A stretch of 64,000 bases of DNA. Origin: an uncultured Actinomycetes bacterium (GTDB lineage: Bacteria > Actinomycetota > UBA4738 > HRBIN12). Below are positions 57,346 through 64,000 of the stretch, piece after piece. Positions within the stretch are counted from its first letter, which is position 1; each line of letters begins with the position of its first letter. The stretch is from positions 97,068 through 161,067 of the forward strand of contig CAWHGC010000012.1 of the NCBI GenBank assembly GCA_963828885.1, given 5' to 3'. The translations under genes were made by a program, and so were the position numbers. Under the pieces are notes generated by a model. That model was not told the origin of the DNA, made no database searches, and saw only the letters and a program-made list of their open reading frames with translations.

Positions 57346-59172
57346 GCGGCGTGCACCTCGCCCAGCTCGGGGAAGCCCAGGTTCGCGATGAACATGTCGT
57401 TGAAGTCGGGCGTGCCGGACAGCTCGACGTACTCGATCACGCCCGGCAGCTCGACGGCGATCTCTCGCTCTCGGAAGCTCATCAGTGCCATCTTCGCGCC
57501 TTCCGAGGCCGTGTTGCCCACCGCCTTGATCCGCTCGACCGGCACGTCGGGCACGAGGCCCAGCACGCGGGCGCTCTCCGGGTTGATGTAGGTGCCGAAC
57601 GAGCCGGCCAGGAGGACCTCGTCGAGGTCGGCGGCCGAGTAGCCGATCTCCCGCATCGCGACCTCGATGCCGGTCGCGATGGCGCCCTTCGCCGACTGCA
57701 GCTCGCGCACGTCGAGCTGGGTGAGCACGACCTCGTCGGTGATGGCGAAGACGCGCAGGCCGCCCTGGTCGCGCACGTGCGCGGCGAGCGGGTGGCCGGC
57801 CAGCTCCTCGTCGGAGCGGAACAGGCCGTTGGGCTTCAGCAGGTCGGTGAGGCGGAGCTGCGCGACGACGTCGATCAGGCCGGAGCCGCAGAGGCCGCGC
57901 GGAATCTCGTCGGCGCCCCCGATCACCTGGAGCTCGATCCGGCCGTTCGTCAGCACGACGCCCTCGATCGCGCCCTCGGTCGCGCGCATGCCGCACAGGA
58001 TCTGGCCCGCCCTCGAACGCGGGGCCGGCGGGCGCCGCCGTCGCCACCACGCGCTCGTCGTTGCCGCAGACGATCTCGCCGTTCGTGCCGACGTCGACGA
58101 GCAGCCGCTTCTCCGGCTCCCGCGCGAGGCCGGTCGCCACCACGTCGCCCACGATGTCGGCGCCGACGTACGCGCCGATCGACGGGAACAGGGCGACGCG
58201 ACCCTCGGGGTGGATGTCGAAGCCGGCGTCGGCCGCGCGCAGGTCCTGCGCCTCCAGGAACGTGGCGACGAACGGCGACAGGGCGATCGAGCGCGGGTCG
58301 ATGCCGAGCAGCAGGTGCAGCATCGTGGCGTTGCCGACCACGACGGCCTCGTAGACGTGCCGGCGGTCCACGCCACTCGCCGCGAACACCTCCTCGAGGA
58401 GCCCGTTCACGGTCGCGTGCACGGCTTCCTGGAGCTGGTCGATGGCCTCGGGGCCGGTCATCGCGTGGCCCATGCGCGCGATCACGTCGGCGCCGAACGT
58501 CGCCTGCCGGTTGATCGTCGAGGCGACCGCGGCGACGGCGCCGCTGCGCAGGTCGACGAGCGTGGCCACGACGGTCGTCGTGCCGATGTCGAACGAGACG
58601 CCGAACATCCGCTCGCGGGTGTCGCCCGGCTCCACGTCGACCAGGTGGTCGCCGACGACGGTGGCGGTGAGCGTCGTGACCCCCTCCTCGAGCACGAGGG
58701 CCAGGCGCGGCAGGATCGCGGGGCCGTGCGAGACCTCGAGTCCCTCGTCGACGAGGGCGTCGTGCACGCGGCGAAGGTGGCTGCGCGCGTCCTCGAGGCT
58801 GGGCTCCTCGAGCTCCAGCAGCAGCTTCTGCACGTTCGGCTCCAGCAGCACGAACCGCCCGACGCCCATCGTGGCCGCCTTCGGCGTGCGCATCAGGCGC
58901 GGCACCTCGCACACGGTGTCCTCGTTCACCTCGGCCTGGCACGACAGGCGCCAACCCTCGTCGAGCTTGTCGGAGAGGTGTCGGTAGTCGGCGAGCGTGC
59001 GTTCGGCGTGGCCCTGCAGCACCTTCACGCCGCACTTGCCGCACGTGCCGCGACCGCCGCACGTGGAGTCGATCGGCAGGCCGGCCCAGTGCGCGGCGTT
59101 GAACAGCGTGGTGCCGGCCGGCACGTGCACCGTCGTGTCGCTCGGCAGGTAGGTGACGGCCAGCTTGCCCAT
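57342..59172 (-). CDS. RamA-like reductive activator of corrinoid enzymes (N-terminal 2Fe-2S ferredoxin plus ASKHA ATPase). Apparent +1 insertion at about 58006.
   Basis: The ferredoxin motif is STCGGRGTCGKCGV. The ASKHA core is GVSFDIGTTTV...LLVDVGTNGEIV...AGPAFEGG, then QILCGMRATEGAIEGV...GLCGSGLID... (ORF 57342..58376). Confidence 0.8.
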
Positions 59173-59174
59173 GG

Positions 59175-60053
59175 CTATCCCGCGGCTGCCGCGACGGCCT
59201 GCGCCGCACGGTGATCGGCGATCCACGCCGAGCCGTACTCGTCCCGGCCCAGCAGCAGGTCGGCGGCCATCGTGGCCTTGCGCACGGCGCCGTGCAGCGG
59301 GTTCGTGATGGCGCAGTTCATGCCGGACAGGATCGACATCGTGAGGAACGCGGCGTCGATGCCCTGGCGGTCCGGCATGCCGAACGAGATGTTCGACGCG
59401 CCGCACGACAGGTTCACGCCGAGCTCGTCGCGGATCAGCCGCATCGTGGCGAACATCGAGGTGGCGGCGTCGGGCGCGGCGCCGATCGGCATCGTGAGCG
59501 GGTCGATGATGACGTCCTCGCGCGCGATGCCGTGGTCGGCGGCCGCCTCCACGATCTTGCGCGCGGCGGCGAGCCGCTCCTCCGGGTCCATCGAGATGCC
59601 CTCCTCGTCGTTCGCCATGCCGATGACGGCGGCGCCGAACCGCTTCACGAGCGGCAGCAGTCGCTCGAGGGAGTGCGCCTCGGCCGTCACCGAGTTGATG
59701 AGCACCTTGCCCTGCGCGAGCGGCACGGCGGCCTCGAGAGCCTCAGGTGTGGACGAGTCGATGCACAGCGGCACGCCGACGACCTCGTGCACGGCCTTGA
59801 CGACCTGCGAGAGCATCTCGGGCTCGTCGAACCCCGGGACGCCGGCGTTCAGGTCGAGGATGCGCGCGCCGGCGGCCACCTGCGCGAGGGCGTCCGCCTG
59901 CACGGTCGTCATGTCGCCGGCGCAGATCTCGGCGGTGAGGCGCTTGCGGCCGGTGGGGTTGATGCGCTCGCCGATGATGGCGAAGGGGTGCTCGTCGCCG
60001 ATCCGGACCTCGCCGCCGGGGCCCGACAGGACCGTGGTGGCGACGGTGGTCAC
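59175..60053 (-). CDS. Methyltetrahydrofolate:corrinoid methyltransferase (pterin-binding, MtgA/MtrH-like)
   Basis: The GTG at 60053 overlaps the upstream stop (GTGA). The sequence reads ...IGERINPTGRK...ILDLNAG...CIDSS...LINSV...SCGASNISFG. Confidence 0.8.
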   Translation of the reverse strand: MTTVATTVLSGPGGEVRIGDEHPFAIIGERINPTGRKRLTAEICAGDMTTVQADALAQVAAGARILDLNAGVPGFDEPEMLSQVVKAVHEVVGVPLCIDSSTPEALEAAVPLAQGKVLINSVTAEAHSLERLLPLVKRFGAAVIGMANDEEGISMDPEERLAAARKIVEAAADHGIAREDVIIDPLTMPIGAAPDAATSMFATMRLIRDELGVNLSCGASNISFGMPDRQGIDAAFLTMSILSGMNCAITNPLHGAVRKATMAADLLLGRDEYGSAWIADHRAAQAVAAAAG

Positions 60054-60703
60054 TGCGCGAGTCCCACGAGCTTGCGCGCGATCTCGACGGCCTCGGGCGC
60101 GTTGTTCGCGTAGCCGTCGGCGCCGATCTTCTCGGCCCACTCCGGCGTGACCGGCGCGCCGCCCACCATGATCTTCACGCGGTCGCGCATGCCGGCGGCG
60201 ACGAGCTTCTTGATGACGGTCTCCTGGTACGGGACGGTCGTGGTGAGCAGCGCCGACATGCCGAGGATCTGCGGGTGCAGCTCGTCGATCGCCGCCATGA
60301 TCTTGTCGGCGTTCACGTCCTTGCCCATGTCGTGCACGTCGAACCCCGAGGTCCGCAGCATCGCGCCGACCATGTTCTTGCCGAGGTCGTGCAGGTCGCC
60401 CTTGACCGTGCACATCAGCACGAGGGCGTTCGCCTCCGCGTTCGGGTCCTTCTTCGCCAGCAGCGCCGGCTCCACCAGTTCGTTGCAGGCCTTGAAGATG
60501 GCGGCGGAGGCGACGACCTCGGGCAGGAACACCTCGCCGCGCTTCCACATCTCGCCCAGGTCGAACATGGCGACCGCCATGCCCTCCTCGAGGATCACGG
60601 TCGGGTCGACCTCGTTGGCGAGCAGGCGCTCCGTGGCCGCGATCGCGAGGTCGCGCTCGGCGCCGATCAGCGCCCGCTTGAGGACGTCGAGGTCTTCCTG
60701 CAT
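60050..60703 (-). CDS. Corrinoid (cobalamin)-binding protein, MtgC/MtmC-like
   Basis: The 217-aa ORF has an N-terminal helical cap and a Rossmann B12 domain with the DxHxxG motif (KGDLHDLGKN). GGAGG lies 8 nt before the ATG. Confidence 0.85.
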   Translation of the reverse strand: MQEDLDVLKRALIGAERDLAIAATERLLANEVDPTVILEEGMAVAMFDLGEMWKRGEVFLPEVVASAAIFKACNELVEPALLAKKDPNAEANALVLMCTVKGDLHDLGKNMVGAMLRTSGFDVHDMGKDVNADKIMAAIDELHPQILGMSALLTTTVPYQETVIKKLVAAGMRDRVKIMVGGAPVTPEWAEKIGADGYANNAPEAVEIARKLVGLAQ

Positions 60704-60716
60704 GCGCGCTACCTCC

Positions 60717-60731
60717 GTGACCTGGGGTCAC
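60717..60731. promoter_or_regulatory. Palindrome GTGACCTGGGGTCAC (TGACC-N3-GGTCA), candidate TetR operator O1
   Basis: A perfect inverted repeat that abuts the GGAGG ribosome-binding site of the corrinoid-protein gene. Confidence 0.55.
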
Positions 60732-60804
60732 ACTCGGGTTCGCCCTGACCGGTCGATGGTACGGCAGGTCAGAGGTGGGGAACAGCGGTGAGCGGCTCAC
60801 GGTC

Positions 60805-60819
60805 GTGACCTGAGGTCAC
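60805..60819. promoter_or_regulatory. Palindrome GTGACCTGAGGTCAC, candidate TetR operator O2
   Basis: A perfect inverted repeat, 88 bp centre-to-centre from O1. Confidence 0.55.
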
Positions 60820-60899
60820 AGGTAGATGCTTCGGGATCGGCCCACTGGGGCGACTGCCCACGCGATCGGCCACGTCACGGCGATTGCGCGTCCGTGCAC

Positions 60900-60930
60900 T
60901 TGACAGCACAGCCGGTGCGCACGGTAGCCT
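60900..60930 (+). promoter_or_regulatory. Putative sigma-70-type promoter for the TetR gene (TTGACA - 19 nt - TAGCCT)
   Basis: TTGACA lies at 60900-60905 and a TAnnnT hexamer at 60925-60930. The spacer is at the long end of the usual range. Confidence 0.35.
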
Positions 60931-60943
60931 GACCCCCGGTCAG
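60929..60943. promoter_or_regulatory. Palindrome CTGACCCCCGGTCAG, candidate operator O3, overlapping the putative tetR promoter -10/TSS
   Basis: It has the same TGACC-N3-GGTCA core. It starts within the TAGCCT hexamer. Confidence 0.5.
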
Positions 60944-61004
60944 ACAGAGAAGGCCCCGGTGTCTACGCTGGTGGCCGTTGGCGAAGCGGCTGGAGGCTCC
61001 CCGT

Positions 61005-61685
61005 ATGAATGACTCGAGGTCACTTTCACGCAGCGCCCGCACCGAGGCGAAGCGTGACCGCATCGTGGAGACGGCCATGCGCCACTTCGCCGAGCACGGC
61101 TATCAGGGCGCGCGGGTGGACGACATCGCCAGCGAGCTCAGCATCGCGAAGGGCTCGATCTTCCAGCACTTCGGCTCGAAGTCGGGACTGTTCTTCGAGG
61201 TCTTCAAGACGGCGACACGAAGCCTGCCCGCCTGGCTGGACGCGCCGAAGGAGGTCCTGGACCGCGGATTCTTCGCCTGCGTGCAGTACTGGCTCGAACA
61301 CACGGGCCACCTGGTCAAGGAGGACTGGGTCCCCAACCGCGTGGCGCTGATCGGCGCGTACGGGACCGACCTCAAGCTGAAGCACGAGATCAACCGCTGG
61401 CTCCTCAGCGAGGACCCGTACGGCACGCTCGAGTTCGTGGAGTTCGGCGTGCAGCGCGGCGAGGTTCGCGACGACATCGACCTCGAGCTCGTCGTGTCGA
61501 TCCTGGACTGGCTCGCCGAGGGGTTCCAGGACGCGATCGTGAGCCAGGAGCTCGACCCCGGACTGTTCCACCGCTACAAGGTCGACCGCGAGGAGCGGCA
61601 GAAGGTCCGCATCGATCAGTTCGCGAAGGTCCTGCGCAGCGCGATCGGCCGGCCCCAACCGCTCGAGGTCGAAGCCACCGCCTAA
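61005..61685 (+). CDS. TetR/AcrR-family transcriptional regulator
   Basis: The ATG at 61005 lies 8 nt after GGAGG (the ORF-track TTG at 60978 is less likely). The HTH reads RIVETAMRHFAEHGYQGARVDDIASELSIAKGSIFQHFGSK. Confidence 0.88.
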   Translation: MNDSRSLSRSARTEAKRDRIVETAMRHFAEHGYQGARVDDIASELSIAKGSIFQHFGSKSGLFFEVFKTATRSLPAWLDAPKEVLDRGFFACVQYWLEHTGHLVKEDWVPNRVALIGAYGTDLKLKHEINRWLLSEDPYGTLEFVEFGVQRGEVRDDIDLELVVSILDWLAEGFQDAIVSQELDPGLFHRYKVDREERQKVRIDQFAKVLRSAIGRPQPLEVEATA

Positions 61686-62177
61686 CGCCCGAGGCTCGGG
61701 GCCGGGCGGGTCCTCGTCCCGGCGCCGCCGCAGGGCCGCCACCGCGTCCGCCTCGGTCACCAACGTCCGTCGGTAGTTCCGGAGCGCGAAGCGGTCGCAC
61801 GCGGTCTCCGCCGAGGACTTCCGGCCGAGCCGCTCCCGCAGGTACCAGTGCATCCACTCGTGGCAGTACAGGAACCGGATCACCTCGCGCGGCGTGTGGA
61901 ACGTGATGCCCTCGGTGAGCCAGATGAAGCGCATCTTGCCGCGGCCGGGGCGGCGGCGTGCCGCGTACGGGACGATCTCACCGAACGGGAAGAACGGCTC
62001 CGGCACCTGGATCGTGATGGTGTGGTCGGTGAAGTCGGTCCACGCCGACAGGTGCGGCTTCTCGCGGTAGCGCAGGCACTTCACGTGCAGGTCGTAGCCG
62101 TCGGCGGACGGCAGGCCCTCGATGGCGACGGCGACGGCCTCGGGCGGGATCTCCGGGATCGCGGAGGTGACCTGCAT
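61682..62177 (-). CDS. Small putative zinc metalloprotease (HExxH). The 3' end is uncertain.
   Basis: The ATG at 62177 lies 9 nt after AGGAG. The motif is FLYCHEWMHWY. The annotated frame (ORF 61026..62378) runs on antisense through the whole tetR gene. The +1 frame stops at 61682-61684, so an extra base near 61700-61760 is suspected. Confidence 0.45.
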
Positions 62178-62242
62178 GGGGGTGGGCTCCTGGCTCCGGG
62201 GCGCGGGCTCGCGTCCGGCCGCGGACCCTAGCATGTCCGTCC

Positions 62243-62926
62243 ATGGACGATTCCGGAGCCGAGCCGAAGACCTACCGACACGGGGTGCGAGCCGTCGTGC
62301 CGATGGCGATCGCGGTGGGTGGCTTCGGCGTGTCGTTCGGCGTCCTGGCCCGAACGGCCGGGATGGGGATCCTGGCACCGGTCGTGATGTCGGCGACCAC
62401 GTTCGCCGGATCCGCGCAGTTCGCGGCCGTCGCGATCCTGCGGGACGGCGGCACGGTGGCGGCGGCCATCACGGCCGCCGTGCTGCTGAACGCGCGGTAC
62501 CTGCCGATCGGCGTGAGCGTCGCGCCGTCGCTGCACGGGAGCCGGCTCTCGCGGTTCCTACGGGCGCAGCTGGTCGTCGACGAGTCGTGGGCGGTGGCGG
62601 CCGAGGGCGACGGCCGGTTCGATCCGAAGGTGCTCGTGGGCGCCGGGCTGACGCTGTACCTGGCGTGGATCGTTGGCACGGTGATCGGCGCCGTGTTCGG
62701 AGAGGTGCTGGGCGATCCGTCGAAGCTGGGATTGGACGCGGCCTTCCCGGCGCTCTTCCTGGCGCTGCTGGTGCCGCAGCTGCGGTCGCGGCAGGCGTGG
62801 GGCGCGGCGGCGATCGGCGCGACGATCGCGCTCGTACTGACGCCGTTCACGCCGGCGGGCGTGCCGATCGTCTGCGCCGGCCTGGGGTGCCTGCTCGGGC
62901 TCCGAGGGCGTGGTGGTGCCGCGTGA
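62243..62926 (+). CDS. azlC: AzlC-family branched-chain amino acid exporter subunit
   Basis: ...SATTFAGSAQFAAV...LLNARYLPIG... Confidence 0.8.
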   Translation: MDDSGAEPKTYRHGVRAVVPMAIAVGGFGVSFGVLARTAGMGILAPVVMSATTFAGSAQFAAVAILRDGGTVAAAITAAVLLNARYLPIGVSVAPSLHGSRLSRFLRAQLVVDESWAVAAEGDGRFDPKVLVGAGLTLYLAWIVGTVIGAVFGEVLGDPSKLGLDAAFPALFLALLVPQLRSRQAWGAAAIGATIALVLTPFTPAGVPIVCAGLGCLLGLRGRGGAA

Positions 62927-62941
62927 GCCGCGATCTGGCTC

Positions 62942-63232
62942 GTGGTGCTGGCGGTCGGGCTGGCGACGGTCACCATCAAGGCGGCGGGGCCGGTGCTGCT
63001 CGGCGGACGGGCGCTGCCCCCGCGGATGGCGGCGGTGATCGCGCTGCTCGCGCCGGCGTTGCTGGCGGCGCTGGTCGCCATCAACACGTTCGGCGGCGAG
63101 CGTGCGCTGACGGTCGATGCCCGCCTGGCCGGCGTGGCTGCGGCCGGTGTGGCGATCTGGCGTCGCGCGCCGTTGCTGCTGGTCGTCGTGCTGGCGGCGG
63201 CGGTGACGGCGCTGGTGCGCGCTGCGGGGTGA
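62942..63232 (+). CDS. azlD: AzlD-family small membrane protein
   Basis: A 96-aa hydrophobic ORF 15 nt after the azlC stop. This pairing is conserved. Confidence 0.7.
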   Translation: MVLAVGLATVTIKAAGPVLLGGRALPPRMAAVIALLAPALLAALVAINTFGGERALTVDARLAGVAAAGVAIWRRAPLLLVVVLAAAVTALVRAAG

Positions 63233-63490
63233 GCGAGGGCCGGGCCGGCGGTTGGCTTGGTCAGGACGGCCGCACCGGCCGCTCGAGATGTCTGGTGTGA
63301 ACGTGGCTGACGCGGAACGAGTGTCCCGTTCGCCACGGAACGTCAGACACTGACGGGTTGAGGACGTCAAACATCTGACATCGTCTCGCACACAAGGGAC
63401 TGCTCACGTGTCAACACGCTGACACGGCATCACGCCCGCCTCCGCACGACACCGCCACGCGCACCCACCCTTCGGTACGCTTCGCGCGCC

Positions 63491-64000
63491 GTGACGAACC
63501 CGAACCCGTCCCTACCCAACCACGCCTCCCGCCCCCGCTACCGCGACCTCGGGCTCACCGTCGGGCTCCTCCCGCCGGGCCCCGGCAACGCCATCACCGA
63601 CGTCGAGGGCGTGCAGGTCGGCACCACAACCCTCATCGAGGGCGAGGGTCCGCTGCGGATCGGCGTCGGCCCCGTCCGCACCGGCGTCACCGTCGTCGTC
63701 CCCCACGACGACATCGGCGCCCACCCGCTGTTCGCCGGCTGCCACCGGCTGAACGGCAACGGCGAGCTCACCGGCCTCGAGTGGGTGCGCGAGTCGGGCC
63801 AGCTCACCACCCCCGATCGCCATCACGAACACGCACAGCGTCGGCGTCGTGCGCGACGCGATCGTCGCCGCCGATATGGAGCGGCGCCCCGACCCGATGA
63901 ACTTCTGGAGCCTCCCCGTCGTCGGCGAGACCTACGACGGCACCCTCAACGACATCAACGGGTTCCACGTCGGGCCCGAGCACCTCGACGCACGCCCTCG
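63491..64000 (+). CDS. DmpA/S58-family (P1) aminopeptidase. Only the 5' part is present; it runs off the right edge. Apparent extra base at 63815.
   Basis: My translation from the GTG at 63491 reads MTNPNPSLPNHASRPRYRDLGLTVGLLPPGPGNAITDVEGVQVGTTTL...VRTGVTVVVP...NGNGELTG...QLTTP. One base later it continues IAITNTHSVGVVRDAI...VVGETYDGTLNDINGFHV. It is absent from the ORF track because it leaves the window. Confidence 0.75.
   Translation, partial: MTNPNPSLPNHASRPRYRDLGLTVGLLPPGPGNAITDVEGVQVGTTTLIEGEGPLRIGVGPVRTGVTVVVPHDDIGAHPLFAGCHRLNGNGELTGLEWVRESGQLTTPDRHHEHAQRRRRARRDRRRRYGAAPRPDELLEPPRRRRDLRRHPQRHQRVPRRARAPRRTPS

Noticed and set aside
60840-60848. A B12-box-like string (GCCCACTGG) that might indicate a cobalamin riboswitch controlling the corrinoid operon.
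   Set aside because: It lies on the strand opposite the operon transcript and has an extra C relative to GCCACTG. I could find none of the other conserved cobalamin-riboswitch elements around it.

Overview
This 64-kb window has about 70% GC and looks like an actinobacterial chromosome segment. Most of it is conserved housekeeping backbone: rsfS-LCP-nadD, obg-rpmA-rplU-rne, rodA-pbp2-mreDCB, fabD-fabH-fabG-acpP-fabF, ndk-folC-valS and clpX-clpP-tig. Around these sit metabolic and signalling genes: two GAF/PAS PP2C phosphatases, a GGDEF cyclase, a REC-histidine kinase hybrid, a CopB-type ATPase, a TAT-exported M14 peptidase and a 1.1-kaa DUF11/NHL surface protein. The most system-like accessory content is a complete corrinoid-dependent, non-pyrrolysine MttB-family methyltransferase operon (corrinoid protein, methyl-THF methyltransferase, RamA-like activator, DUF1638, MttB). 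It has a divergent TetR gene and three TGACC-N3-GGTCA palindromes in the shared control region. Its substrate cannot be read from the sequence. A tRNA-Ala(GGC) gene has a 49-nt copy of its 3' half 1.44 kb away, and the two bracket a single lower-GC epoxide hydrolase gene, which looks like an integrase-less island relic. About 20 conserved genes are interrupted by roughly 30 single-base frame shifts in total, nearly all of them one extra base. I interpret these as sequencing or assembly artefacts, so ORF-track boundaries are unreliable and I annotated by protein continuity across frames. I saw no CRISPR array, transposase, integrase, phage gene or recognisable defence gene. I cannot support a claim of a wholly new system beyond the substrate-unknown MttB module and its regulatory architecture.
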